A stretch of 64,000 nucleotides of DNA from the NCBI GenBank assembly GCA_965277805.1, contig OZ255842.1, positions 3,072,001-3,136,000 of the forward strand, given 5' to 3'. Below, piece after piece: positions 1 through 9,880 of the stretch; position 1 is the first letter of the stretch, and every line of letters begins with the position of its first letter. A model generated the notes under the pieces. The model was not told the origin of the DNA. It made no database searches and saw only the letters and a program-made list of their open reading frames with translations. The position numbers and the translations under genes were made by a program. This DNA comes from Candidatus Lustribacter sp. (GTDB lineage Bacteria > Vulcanimicrobiota > Vulcanimicrobiia > Vulcanimicrobiales > Vulcanimicrobiaceae).

Positions 1-2673
1 CGTGTAGGTGCCGAGCTGCTCGAACGAGACCGGTAAATTCACGTAGTTGAGGCGATTGAACGTTCCCGTGACGCTGTAGCCGAAGCCGGCGGGCGGGAGA
101 TCGGCCAACGTGAACTCGACGCCGCGCGACTGACGGCCCGAGCCGTTGAGGTTGATCTCCTGGAAGTAGGACACGTTCGTCGCGTAACCGGGCGGCGGCG
201 GAATCGCGATTTGCGTTTGCAGCCACGTGTTGTGCACGAAGACGTTGAAGATGTCCATCGAAAGAACGGTGCCGTTCTTCCACCGGTAGCTGCCGCCAAG
301 ATCTTCGGCGACGACTTCTTCCGGCAAGATCGTCGGGTCGGGAACGGTGAACGCGAAGCCGTTCGTCGCGGTCGTCTGCGAAACGAGGCCCGAGACGAGG
401 CTCGCGTACGGCACCTCGATCGATGAACCGACCGTCGCGCGCATCGAGAGATTCCCGGTCGGCCGCCACACGAAGCCGAAGTGCGGATCGTAGTGCGAGG
501 AACCGTTGATGAACGGCGAGAGCACGATCGGCGCGAGACCGAGATTGATCTTGTCACCGGCCGCGACTTGCGCTGCGCCGAAGGAGTTGAGGAAGTCCGG
601 ACTCTCTTGCTGACCGAGGATCTTGTAGACCGTGAAGTAGTTGCCGAGATCGAACTCGAGTTTCGGGGTCAGTTGAAGTTGCGCGGTGAGCGCGATCGAC
701 GTGACCGACGCGAACGTCTCCGGGATCGCGAGCGGCGTCGCCTTATAGCCGGCCACCAAACCGCAGCCCGGCTGGTAGGCGGGGTCCAAATGGTTGGCCG
801 GCGCCGCGCCGCCGGACTGCGTGAACGAGCATCCGGCTGCGAGCGGCGTCAGGTCGCCCGAGTAGCTCGTCGTGTCGTTGTAATAATGGTCCACGCTGAC
901 GTTGTAGATATTGTTACCGACCGGATGGATATAACTGAACGTGTAGCCGCCGAGCTTGTCGTACTCGAGGGAATCGACGGGCGTGCCGAAGCCCCAGACG
1001 CCGGCGTTGTTCTGCGCCGTGCTCGTCGTGTAGCAGGGCGAAGCAGCGCTGCAAACGAGCCCGTTCGCGTTGTTCGTTACGCCGAACGCCGCCGGCCCGA
1101 GCGCACTAACGTATCCGGGGGTGCCGGGCAACGCGCCGAACGCATAACAGGGGCCCTTCGCTCCGGCGGCCGTCGCCGCGACGAACTGCAGTTGGCAATT
1201 CGCGTTGCTGGTGACTTGGAACGAGGCTTGCGCCGTGGAGCCGTTGCCGTAGATCGAGGTGGCTTGCGAACCGTCGCTCAAACGCGTGATCGTCGCGGTG
1301 TAGGGACGCAGCAGCAGCGTATCGTTGCCGATCGTCGTCTTGAAGTCGAGGTTGAAGTTCGGGTTGTTGTTCGAGATCGCGGTACCGGGGGCGAACTGAT
1401 AGAGCGGGACGTTCGTCTGGCCGGCGATACCGGGCAAGAACGGTGAGTTGTAGCTGGACGTTGCCGTACAGCCCGCACCGCTCGCAGGTTTGCCGCCCGC
1501 GACGCACTGCGGGATATTCGCATAGCCGACGAACTGCGCGAACTCGGCGCCCTCGGGATCGAGGGTGGCCTGCAGTCCGAAGAATTCGAACGCAAGCGAG
1601 GTGGCGTCAGAAAACTTGTAACGGACCTTAGCGAGCTGCGCGTTCATCTCTTGCGGGCTCGTGAGCGGTTGGTAATAGCCGACGTTATTGGCCGTGAGCG
1701 GGTACGGCGGGGCGTAGGTGAAGGTCGCGTTGGGACGCGTGCCGGTGACGCCGTACGCGTACGCCTGATTCGATGAGCCCAGGTAACCGCTGAACGATTT
1801 ACCGAGCACGAACGACCACTTATTGCCGATGTTGAAGTTGAAGAGTAAGTTATAGAGGCTGCCGCCGAAGTTGTCGACGCCGGTTTGAATGTAGCCCGAG
1901 TCCTTCGTGCTGAAATCCGGGGTGCGGACGTTGAGCGAACCGACGGCCGACTCGCCCGCGGTCGGGCCGTTGAGACCGGCTCCATCGAGGATGTCGATGC
2001 CGCCGAGCAGACCCGTGTTGGTGAACTGGCCGAGGAACGTACCGGAAACGCCGCTCGAAATCGGATGACCGTCGATCAGCACCATCGTCTCCTGGCCGAG
2101 GCCGTGGAGACGGAAAAAGCTGTTGTTCGTGGCCGAGTTGGTCGAGGCGACGATGCCCGGCATGGTCGCCACGAGCTTCGGCAGATCCGGCACGTTGCGT
2201 TGCTGGATCGTCGTCTGCGAAAGGGTCGACGTGGCACTCGAGGAGATGTTGAACTTCGCTAAGTTGCCGCCGGTGTTCGTGACCGTGCGGCCGATGACTT
2301 GAAGATTGCTGAGCGTGGATTCCGTCAACTCGACGCTCACCGTCGCCGGGGAGTCGGCGGTGGCGGTGACCTGCGCCGAGCCGCCCTGGTAGCCGCCCTT
2401 GTTGACGGTAACCGTATAGACACCGGGCTGGACCGTCACCGAAAAGTTTCCCGATGCATCGGTCGTGGTCGTCACGTGCGAGGGACCATCGAAGATCACC
2501 GCCGCGCCGCTCAATCCGCCCCCGCCGCCCGCCGCGCTGACCTGACCCGTTACGGTCGCCGTCTGCGTTGCCTGCGCGACGCTCGTGCCGGCTAAGGGCG
2601 CCGCACTGACGGGCCCGGCGAAGGCGCAAAGCGCCAGAATAGCGGCAACCGCTGCACCGTAGACCATGCGCAC
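1..2673 (-). CDS. TonB-dependent receptor-like outer-membrane protein with N-terminal carboxypeptidase-regulatory-like domain (3' end runs off the window)
   Basis: Absent from the ORF track because no stop lies in the window. I translated both ends by hand and they share a frame: GTG at 2673 behind AGGAG, signal peptide (MVYGAAVAAILALCAFAGPVSA), 'TTTDASGNFSVTVQPGVYTVTVNKGGYQ', then Y/N/G/T-rich beta-strand-like sequence. Confidence 0.75.
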   Translation of the reverse strand, partial: MRMVYGAAVAAILALCAFAGPVSAAPLAGTSVAQATQTATVTGQVSAAGGGGGLSGAAVIFDGPSHVTTTTDASGNFSVTVQPGVYTVTVNKGGYQGGSAQVTATADSPATVSVELTESTLSNLQVIGRTVTNTGGNLAKFNISSSATSTLSQTTIQQRNVPDLPKLVATMPGIVASTNSATNNSFFRLHGLGQETMVLIDGHPISSGVSGTFLGQFTNTGLLGGIDILDGAGLNGPTAGESAVGSLNVRTPDFSTKDSGYIQTGVDNFGGSLYNLLFNFNIGNKWSFVLGKSFSGYLGSSNQAYAYGVTGTRPNATFTYAPPYPLTANNVGYYQPLTSPQEMNAQLAKVRYKFSDATSLAFEFFGLQATLDPEGAEFAQFVGYANIPQCVAGGKPASGAGCTATSSYNSPFLPGIAGQTNVPLYQFAPGTAISNNNPNFNLDFKTTIGNDTLLLRPYTATITRLSDGSQATSIYGNGSTAQASFQVTSNANCQLQFVAATAAGAKGPCYAFGALPGTPGYVSALGPAAFGVTNNANGLVCSAASPCYTTSTAQNNAGVWGFGTPVDSLEYDKLGGYTFSYIHPVGNNIYNVSVDHYYNDTTSYSGDLTPLAAGCSFTQSGGAAPANHLDPAYQPGCGLVAGYKATPLAIPETFASVTSIALTAQLQLTPKLEFDLGNYFTVYKILGQQESPDFLNSFGAAQVAAGDKINLGLAPIVLSPFINGSSHYDPHFGFVWRPTGNLSMRATVGSSIEVPYASLVSGLVSQTTATNGFAFTVPDPTILPEEVVAEDLGGSYRWKNGTVLSMDIFNVFVHNTWLQTQIAIPPPPGYATNVSYFQEINLNGSGRQSRGVEFTLADLPPAGFGYSVTGTFNRLNYVNLPVSFEQLGTYT

Positions 2674-2729
2674 GGGGACACTCCTTGTCAGGTCCCTCGG
2701 GGAACCTTCGACACAAAGCTAGTTTTGGG

Positions 2730-2759
2730 ATTATAACCTCTGCTTAACGTTGTCGTCAA
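2730..2759 (-). promoter_or_regulatory. sigma70-type promoter for the receptor gene
   Basis: Minus strand reads TTGACG-N18-TATAAT, about 57 nt upstream of the GTG start. Confidence 0.65.
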
Positions 2760-2856
2760 TGGGCCGAATGGTTAGGGTAAAAGAACGACCGTGAGCCAAA
2801 CACATAGACGCGATTTTCGAGAGAGGCCTCAAATCAAACACAAAGAAGGCGCTGCG

Positions 2857-3807
2857 ATGCTCAAGCGTGTCCTGGTGTTTTTCGCAATCATGCTCGGCTG
2901 TTCGCAATTCTCGTTTGCGCAAGGTCCGACAACGATTATCGTTGCGGGCCCGCCCGACGAAGGTTTCAAAGATGTCTACTATGGCGTGCAGTCGGGTTTG
3001 TTCGCGAAATACGGACTCGACGTGCAGCCGCGCATCGTTCACGGCGGCGCGGTCGTACTTGCCGGCTTAGCCGGCGGATCGTATGCGGTCGCGTATACGA
3101 ACATCGTGCCCGTACTGCAAGCGCACGCGCACGGTCTGCCGTTTCAAATCATCGCACCGTCCACGATCTTCATGAGCGAACGGCCGCAGAACGCGATGCT
3201 CGTCGCCAAAGACGCGCCGTTCAAGACGGCGCGCGACCTCAACGGGAAGACGATCGGCACGCAGTCCCTGCAAGATCTCAACTCCGTTTCCATGCGCGCC
3301 TGGATCGATAAGAACGGCGGCGACTCGAACACGCTGCACGTCATCGAAGTGCCTTCACCCTCGGCTGTTTCGGCGCTGACCTCGCACCGCATCGATGCGA
3401 TGGCGCTATCCGAACCGCTGCTCACGATGGCGCTCGAAACCGGACAGGTGCGCATTTTTGCGCGCCCGCAAACCGCCATTTCGGAACGCTTTCAATCGCA
3501 GGTCTTCGTCGCCAACACCGGTTTCGTGTCGGCCAATCCCGAGGCGATGGAGCGATTTGCGAAGGCCATGCACGAGTCTGCCCTCTATAACAACGCCCAT
3601 CTGTCGCAAACCGTGCGCCTCGTTTCGGGCTTTACTTCCGTGCCCGCAGACGTGATCGCACGCACCACCCGTTCGCTCGATGGGGATTACGCGGCTCCCC
3701 GTTTCATCCAGCCAATCATCGATTTCGCGGCCAAGTACGGAATGATTCCGCAAGCGTTCCCGGCCGAAGAAATCATCAGCCCGGCGGCATTGAAAGCCCC
3801 GCGCTGA
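2857..3807 (+). CDS. NitT/TauT (SsuA/THI5-like) ABC substrate-binding protein
   Basis: Signal peptide from ATG 2857; 'DLNGKTIG...WIDKNGGDS' motif shared with the other SBPs here. Confidence 0.85.
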   Translation: MLKRVLVFFAIMLGCSQFSFAQGPTTIIVAGPPDEGFKDVYYGVQSGLFAKYGLDVQPRIVHGGAVVLAGLAGGSYAVAYTNIVPVLQAHAHGLPFQIIAPSTIFMSERPQNAMLVAKDAPFKTARDLNGKTIGTQSLQDLNSVSMRAWIDKNGGDSNTLHVIEVPSPSAVSALTSHRIDAMALSEPLLTMALETGQVRIFARPQTAISERFQSQVFVANTGFVSANPEAMERFAKAMHESALYNNAHLSQTVRLVSGFTSVPADVIARTTRSLDGDYAAPRFIQPIIDFAAKYGMIPQAFPAEEIISPAALKAPR

Positions 3808-3827
3808 TGAGCCGTTAGGAGTTCCCG

Positions 3828-4895
3828 ATGCCAGACATCATCAACTACGAAGTCGCGTGTTTGCAAACGATCACGCGGCAGGTTTCGCTCACCGACGACG
3901 AGCAGCTCGACCGCGACATCCGCGCCAACATCGCGCGCATCTGCGAGCTGATCGACTACGTTACCTCGTTCGGTAACTCCGACGTCAAACTGGTCGTGAC
4001 GCCCGAATACGCCGTCAACGGAAACTTCCGCGTGATCAACCTCGACGCGTGGTGCCGCATCGCGACGACCGTGCCGGGCCCGTACACCGACATCTTCGCC
4101 GAGAAGGCCAAGGCGCGGAAAATCTATCTTGCCGTCAACATGCTCGAAGTGCACCCCGATTTTCCGCGCCGCTTCTTCAACTGCTCGATGCTCTTCGGAC
4201 CCGACGGCAAAATCCTCATCAAGCACTGGAAAAACAATAACAACTGTTGGGTCTTCCCCTACACGACTCCGGCCGACATCTACACCGAGTTCGTGGCGAA
4301 ATTCGGGCGCGAAAACCTCTTCCCGGTCGCCAAAACCGAGATCGGAAATATCGGTTTGATCACCTGCGGCGAGCTCGGGTTCCCGGAAAATGCGCGCTGC
4401 ACGGCGATGAACGGCGCCGAGGTGCTCTGTCATCTTACCTCCGAGCCCAACAACATGAGCCACGGCGATTCCCGCAACTGGAAGGGCCTGCGGACCGCGC
4501 GCGCCTACGAAAACAAGTGCTACCTGGCGGCCGCCAACATCGGTCTTTACGAAGGTGGTCTGCGCGGTTTGCACGATTCCCACGGTGATTCAGCAATCCA
4601 CTATTTCGACGGATCGATCACCAACGAGATCCAGGGGCCGGGCGAGGCGACCATCAAATGCCGCATCAACCTCAACGACTTGCGCCTTTCGAAGACGCGG
4701 CCGTTCCACCCGACCTCGATTCGCGCTCAGCTTTACGCAAAAGAGTACGCGAGCTGGCCGAGCTGGCCGAACGACGGCTTCGCCGAGAAACCGATCGAAA
4801 GCATCGAGGACACCCGCGCGATTTTCCGCGCGCTGGTTAAGGAAAGGCAAGCCCGCGGGATCGATCGCGCGCCGATCGATTTAAACGCTCTCTGA
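3828..4895 (+). CDS. nitrilase-family carbon-nitrogen hydrolase
   Basis: E-K-C triad: 'LVVTPEY', 'IKHWK', 'GLITCGELGFPE'; 'RAYENKCY'; AGGAG RBS. Confidence 0.85.
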   Translation: MPDIINYEVACLQTITRQVSLTDDEQLDRDIRANIARICELIDYVTSFGNSDVKLVVTPEYAVNGNFRVINLDAWCRIATTVPGPYTDIFAEKAKARKIYLAVNMLEVHPDFPRRFFNCSMLFGPDGKILIKHWKNNNNCWVFPYTTPADIYTEFVAKFGRENLFPVAKTEIGNIGLITCGELGFPENARCTAMNGAEVLCHLTSEPNNMSHGDSRNWKGLRTARAYENKCYLAAANIGLYEGGLRGLHDSHGDSAIHYFDGSITNEIQGPGEATIKCRINLNDLRLSKTRPFHPTSIRAQLYAKEYASWPSWPNDGFAEKPIESIEDTRAIFRALVKERQARGIDRAPIDLNAL

Positions 4896-4902
4896 ACGCC
4901 CA

Positions 4903-4938
4903 TTGACTTTGTAACAAAGCTATCTTATATAAAAGATA
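4903..4938 (+). promoter_or_regulatory. sigma70-like promoter overlapped by inverted repeats (operator candidate)
   Basis: TTGACT at 4903; TATATA/TATAAA at 4926-4933; palindromes CTTTGT-A-ACAAAG (4907-4919) and TATCTT-N6-AAGATA (4921-4938). Confidence 0.55.
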
Positions 4939-4963
4939 CCTTTTTTGAGCTAAGGTAGGGACC

Positions 4964-6163
4964 ATGCGTAACGGATACCGGGTCATCGACGTGGATAGCC
5001 ACGTTACCCCGTCTTTTGAAGTGCTTCACCGGTACGCCGGTCAAGCGATTCGCGACCGGTGGGACGAGTTTTCGCCCTTCATGCGCGAGATGAACTCGCC
5101 CCCGGGACGTGGGCATCCGCTCGGCCCGTGGCACACGATCAAGGTGCGCCCGATTCCCTACGACCGCATCGCGGGCCAAAAAGCCGGCGCTGAGAAGATC
5201 GAAAAAGGCGGCGCCGGTGCCGTGGAAGGCCGCGTCGAGAACATCTCCTCCGAAGTCTGCCACGAGCGCATCCAGCACGATAACCCGGAAGGCCGGCTCG
5301 AAGACATGACGCTCGAAGGCGTCGACGTCAACGTGTTGATCCCCGGCACGTGGGCGCCCGCATCGAGTTCGTTCGAAGCGCCGCTCACGACGGGTCTCTA
5401 CGACGCCTATCACACCTACATGCGTGACTTCTGCAGCGCGGATACGAACCGCCTCAAGGGCCTCTTCCTCGCGCCGGGTCACGACGTTGCGTGGGCCGTT
5501 GCGGAACTGAAGAAAATCGGAAACGAGCCGTGGCTATGCGCCGTCTGGCCGTCACTGCCCGAAGGCATGCCGATCGACGATCCCGATCTCAACCCGCTGT
5601 GGGAAATCATGAACGATCTGCACCTGCCGATCATGCACCACAGCTTCTTTTACGAACCGCCGTACTTCCCGGGCGCACGCGACATCTGGGGAAACTCGGC
5701 GATCGCGCGCACCGCAGCGCATCCTTGGGGCGCGCAGCGTTCGCTCGCGTACATCATCGCCGGCGGCATCCTCGACCGCTATCCGAACATCAAAGTCGGT
5801 TTCGCGGAAACCGGACACGGCTGGCTGCCGAACTGGCTCTTGCGCCTCGACAGCCAAGTGCACTACGTCAAAGGCGTGGTGCCGAAGCTGAAGTACCTGC
5901 CGAGCGAATATGCCAAGATGGGCCGCGTCGCGATCTGCATCGAAGCGCACGAGGGTCCGAACATGACGAAAGCCGTGTTCGACATCCTCGGCGAGACGTG
6001 CTTGATGTACTCCTCGGACTTCCCGCATCCGGAGTGCGACTGGCCGCACTCGGTCGACAACGTCCTGAAGTGGATGGACGTGCTGGGCGAAGACCGCATG
6101 CGTCATCTGCTCGCGACGAATGCCGATGCCTACTTGCGGATGGGAGCGCTCTCAACCAAATGA
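4964..6163 (+). CDS. amidohydrolase family 2 protein
   Basis: 'VIDVDSHV', 'LPIMHH', 'FAETGHGWLP', 'MYSSDFPHPE' motifs. Confidence 0.85.
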   Translation: MRNGYRVIDVDSHVTPSFEVLHRYAGQAIRDRWDEFSPFMREMNSPPGRGHPLGPWHTIKVRPIPYDRIAGQKAGAEKIEKGGAGAVEGRVENISSEVCHERIQHDNPEGRLEDMTLEGVDVNVLIPGTWAPASSSFEAPLTTGLYDAYHTYMRDFCSADTNRLKGLFLAPGHDVAWAVAELKKIGNEPWLCAVWPSLPEGMPIDDPDLNPLWEIMNDLHLPIMHHSFFYEPPYFPGARDIWGNSAIARTAAHPWGAQRSLAYIIAGGILDRYPNIKVGFAETGHGWLPNWLLRLDSQVHYVKGVVPKLKYLPSEYAKMGRVAICIEAHEGPNMTKAVFDILGETCLMYSSDFPHPECDWPHSVDNVLKWMDVLGEDRMRHLLATNADAYLRMGALSTK

Positions 6164-6173
6164 GCGCAAACGC

Positions 6174-6584
6174 GTGGACTACCGCACGGCGATGACCTAC
6201 GTGGAGGCGGCGAAACGCATCGCCGCCGAGCGTGGGGTTGAAGTCAGCGTGGCCGTGCTCGATGCGGCGGGTCATCCCGTCGTCATCGCGCGCGGCAAAG
6301 AAGACGCGTGGCACGGTCCGTATATGGCGGCCGGCAAAGCGCGGCTCGCCGCCGCATTTCGCAAAGGCACGAAACAACTGCTCGAACAATGGGCCGACCG
6401 CCCGATGTATCCGATGAGCCTGACCGAGATCATTCCGGGCGGGGTCACCCTCAATCCGGGTGGTTATCCGATCTTCGTGAACGGCGAATGCATCGGCGCG
6501 ATCGGGGTCGGCGGCGGCTCGCCCAAATTCGACGACGATATCGCACACGATGCGGTCACCTCGCTCGCGGAGACGCACGCGTGA
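6174..6584 (+). CDS. GlcG/HbpS family heme-binding protein (start uncertain)
   Basis: 'VSVAVLDAAGH', 'AAGKARLA', 'GGYPIFVNGECIGAIGVGG'. Confidence 0.8.
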   Translation: MDYRTAMTYVEAAKRIAAERGVEVSVAVLDAAGHPVVIARGKEDAWHGPYMAAGKARLAAAFRKGTKQLLEQWADRPMYPMSLTEIIPGGVTLNPGGYPIFVNGECIGAIGVGGGSPKFDDDIAHDAVTSLAETHA

Positions 6585-6961
6585 AAAAGATCCCGATCAA
6601 AACCGAAGGCGCACCGATCCCCACCGGGCCGTTCAATCAGGCGATCCGCTGGGGCGATCTCGTCTTCACGTCGGGACAAGCCGGACGCAACCGCGAAACC
6701 GGCAAGATGGGCGACGTCGCCGATCAGGCGCGTCGCTGCCTAGCCAACTTGTCGGCGGTACTGGAAGCCGCCGGAACCTCGCTCGAGCACGCGCTGAAGG
6801 TGACCGTGTACTTGCGCAACGTCGAAGACCGCGATGCGTTCAACGCCGTGTACGTGGAAGTGATGCCGAAGCCGTTCCCGGCCCGCACCGCCGCGTTTTG
6901 CGAACTCGGAAATCCGGATATGCTCGTCGAGATCGAAGTCGTCGCCGGCGTTCCCGGCTAA
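6581..6961 (+). CDS. RidA/YjgF/UK114 family imine deaminase
   Basis: GTGA overlap with the previous gene; 'GPFNQAI...VFTSGQ', 'KVTVYL', 'FPART', 'VEIE'. Confidence 0.88.
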   Translation: MKKIPIKTEGAPIPTGPFNQAIRWGDLVFTSGQAGRNRETGKMGDVADQARRCLANLSAVLEAAGTSLEHALKVTVYLRNVEDRDAFNAVYVEVMPKPFPARTAAFCELGNPDMLVEIEVVAGVPG

Positions 6962-6977
6962 CGCAAGGAGAAGGACG

Positions 6978-8456
6978 ATGCTCAAAACCGGGCGCGCTCA
7001 TCTGGAATCGTTGCGCGACGGGCGGACGATCTTCATCGACGGACGGCGCGTGGACGACGTCACGAGCGATCCGGCGTTTGCCAACGCGTCGGCCTCGATT
7101 GCATCCCTGTACGACGTCGTGAGTTCGCCCGAGCTGACCGACCGCATGACCTATGCGCTCGACGACGGCCGGCGGGCGAACCGCATTTGGCAGCTTCCGA
7201 ACTCCTACAACGATCTGGTCGAACGCCGGCACGCGCTCGAGACGCTCTCTGAAAAGAACGGCGGCTTCGTCGGCCGCGGACCCGATCACGTCGCCTCGTG
7301 CATTGCGGGATTGCACATGGGCCGCGAGGTTTTTGAAGCCTACGATCCCAAGCGCGCCGCGGCGGTCAGCGACTACTACGCCTTTGCGCGCAACAACGAC
7401 GTCTACCTCACCTACGCGCTGATCAACCCGCAGGCCGACCGCTCGAAGACCGCCTCCGAACAGAGCACGGAGTTCCTGGCGGCCGGCGTCGTCGACCGCG
7501 ACGCGCGCGGCCTGACGATTCGCGGCGCCAAGATGCTCGCAACCGGCGCACCGTTCGCGAACGAAATCTTCGTGACGTGCATCCAGCCGCTGCGCCCGGG
7601 CGATGAGAAGTATGCCGTCTCATTCGTCATTCCGATGAACGCGCCGGGTCTGAAGATTCTCTCGCGTAAGTCATACGAAGAAAGCGCGGTGTCGGTGTTC
7701 GACAACCCGCTGGCCGCGCGCTTCGATGAAAACGATGCGGTCATCTACTTCGACGACGTGCTCGTGCCGTGGGAGCGCGTCTTCGTCGACACCAATCTCG
7801 AGATGTGCCAGAAGCAGTTCCACGCGACCCCCGCGCACGTCTATCAGAACTACCAGTCCATGATCCGGCTGACGGTGAAACTGCGCTTCATGCTCGGCAT
7901 CGCACGCCGGGCCGCCGAGACGAACGGCATCCTGGGTCTTCCGCCGGTGCGCGAAATGCTCGGTCAGCTGGCGGCGGAGACCGCGATGGTCGATGCGCTC
8001 GTCGTCGCGATGGAAGCCAAAGGGACGATGCACGGTGCATATTACGTGCCCGACCGGCATACGCTCTACGCGGCCCAAGTGCTTACCCAGCAGTTGTATC
8101 CCAAGGTCGCGCACACGCTGCGCGAGATCGCCGGCGGCGGCATGATCGCGCAGCCGTCGTCGTACCTCGACTTTGCCAACCCCGAAATCGCAGAGTACAT
8201 CGATGCGACGCAGCAGTCGCCGCTGAGCGACGCGCACGACAAGGTCAAGTTCTACAAACTGGCGTGGGATGCGGTCGGCTCCGAGTTCGGTTCGCGTCAC
8301 ACTCAGTACGAGATGTTCTACGCGGGCGCGATGTTCGTCACCAAGGGGCACTCGTTCCGCACCTACGACTGGGAGCGCGCAACCAGCCTCGTCGACGCGA
8401 TTCTCGACTCCTACGATCTGCCTGCCGGCACGCCGGCCATCGCGCTCGTCCGATGA
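6978..8456 (+). CDS. 4-hydroxyphenylacetate 3-hydroxylase (HpaB/PvcC-like) flavin monooxygenase, large subunit
   Basis: 'HLESLRDGRTIFIDG', 'IRGAKMLAT', 'RFDENDAVIYFDDVLVPWERVF', 'SEFGSRHTQYEMFYAG'. Confidence 0.88.
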   Translation: MLKTGRAHLESLRDGRTIFIDGRRVDDVTSDPAFANASASIASLYDVVSSPELTDRMTYALDDGRRANRIWQLPNSYNDLVERRHALETLSEKNGGFVGRGPDHVASCIAGLHMGREVFEAYDPKRAAAVSDYYAFARNNDVYLTYALINPQADRSKTASEQSTEFLAAGVVDRDARGLTIRGAKMLATGAPFANEIFVTCIQPLRPGDEKYAVSFVIPMNAPGLKILSRKSYEESAVSVFDNPLAARFDENDAVIYFDDVLVPWERVFVDTNLEMCQKQFHATPAHVYQNYQSMIRLTVKLRFMLGIARRAAETNGILGLPPVREMLGQLAAETAMVDALVVAMEAKGTMHGAYYVPDRHTLYAAQVLTQQLYPKVAHTLREIAGGGMIAQPSSYLDFANPEIAEYIDATQQSPLSDAHDKVKFYKLAWDAVGSEFGSRHTQYEMFYAGAMFVTKGHSFRTYDWERATSLVDAILDSYDLPAGTPAIALVR

Positions 8457-9880
8457 GCGCAACCGCAACGGCTCCGGCCGGCGTCCTCGATACGCGCTTT
8501 CGCGCCGCGCTCTCGCGCATGGCGCAGCGCGGGCGTTTGCGCGCGTATAACGCTCCGGTCGACATCGAACTCGAAACCGCCGGCCTGATGAAGCGCCTCG
8601 ACGGCGGCCCCGCGCTGCTGTTCACCGACGTGCGCGGCTATTCGATTCCCGTCATCGGCAATTTTCTCGCCGCACGCGAAAACTGCGAAGCGGCTTTCGG
8701 CGTCGATTACCGGACGATCCGCGAATTCATCGTCCGCGCACTCGCCGGTCCGCTGACGCCCGAACCCGCTTCTTCCGCACCCGTGCACCAGAACGTGATC
8801 ACGAGCGGCATCGACATCGGCCGTCTGTTGCCCGTGCTCAAGCACACCGCCGCCGATTCCGGCCGCTTCATCACCGCCGGCGTAGTCGTCACGCGCGATC
8901 CGGAAACGTCCGTCTATAACGCATCCTACCATCGGCTGCAACTCGTCGGCCCCAATACCGCCGCAATCCAGCTCGATCTCGGACGGCATTTGCGCGTGGC
9001 CTGGGAGCGTGCCAAAGCGCGCGGTGAGGCGCTGCCGATTGCGATCTGCATCGGAACCGACATCGCGCTGCAGTACACGGCCGCGACGATGGGCTCGCAG
9101 ATGCCCGAAACGACCGACGAGCTCGCCGTCGCCGGCGGTCTTGCGGGGCGCCCGTTGCCGGTTACCGATGCGATCACGCAACCGCTGATCGTGCCGGCCG
9201 AAACGGAGATCATTCTCGAAGGACGCATCCTTCCCGACCAGACGGTGCCGGAGGGACCGTTCGGAGAATTCGTCGGCTATCTCTCGCCGCCGGGACAAGC
9301 GCCGTTGGTCGAGATCACCGCGATCACGCACCGCACGAAGCCCATCTACCACGCGATCAACGGTTACGGTCGCGAGACCGTCATGCTGCGCAAATACGTG
9401 CTCGAAGCGAGCCTGCTCAAAGTGCTCACGGCATCCGTGCCGATCGTCGTGGATGCGGAAATGACGGCCGGCGGATTGCACCGCTTCCACGCCGTGATCC
9501 AAGTGCGCAAGACAGCGCCGCAGCATAACGGCCTGCAGCGCAACGCGATCCTCGCCGCCTTCGGCGCGCTCAAGGATCTCGATCTCGTCACGGTCGTCGA
9601 CGACGACATCGACATCCGCGATCCGGCCGACGTCGAGTACGCGGTCGCGACGCGCATGGAAGCCTCACGCGACCTCTTCACGATTCCCGGCGCCCGCGGT
9701 CACGAATACGTCCGCGTCGGAGCGAACGGCATTCGCGCCAAGCTGGGCATAGATGCCACCGTACCATTCGAGGAGCGGGCCCGTTTCACACGCGCGCAGT
9801 TCGCCCCCGTCGACGTACGCGAAGATGTGATCGACGCCGACGCCGGACGTTTGCGTGCGCTCATCGAAGATCGGTCATAA
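8453..9880 (+). CDS. UbiD family prenyl-FMN-dependent (de)carboxylase
   Basis: ATGA overlap at 8453; 'YNASYHR', 'EIILEG', 'EGPFGEFVGY', 'VVDDDIDI', 'KLGIDAT'. Confidence 0.9.
   Translation: MSATATAPAGVLDTRFRAALSRMAQRGRLRAYNAPVDIELETAGLMKRLDGGPALLFTDVRGYSIPVIGNFLAARENCEAAFGVDYRTIREFIVRALAGPLTPEPASSAPVHQNVITSGIDIGRLLPVLKHTAADSGRFITAGVVVTRDPETSVYNASYHRLQLVGPNTAAIQLDLGRHLRVAWERAKARGEALPIAICIGTDIALQYTAATMGSQMPETTDELAVAGGLAGRPLPVTDAITQPLIVPAETEIILEGRILPDQTVPEGPFGEFVGYLSPPGQAPLVEITAITHRTKPIYHAINGYGRETVMLRKYVLEASLLKVLTASVPIVVDAEMTAGGLHRFHAVIQVRKTAPQHNGLQRNAILAAFGALKDLDLVTVVDDDIDIRDPADVEYAVATRMEASRDLFTIPGARGHEYVRVGANGIRAKLGIDATVPFEERARFTRAQFAPVDVREDVIDADAGRLRALIEDRS

Noticed and set aside
39-2716. 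Many ORF-track ORFs over 1-2.7 kb (e.g. 481..1446 +, 1850..2716 -)
   Set aside because: Arg-rich shadow frames of the real minus-strand receptor gene, which the track misses because its stop is outside the window. Similar antisense or off-frame ORFs throughout the window were ignored.
6160-6195. Out-of-frame ATG overlapping the amidohydrolase stop as a further frameshifted start
   Set aside because: In-frame GTG (6174) and ATG (6192) are available, so no frameshift needs to be invoked.
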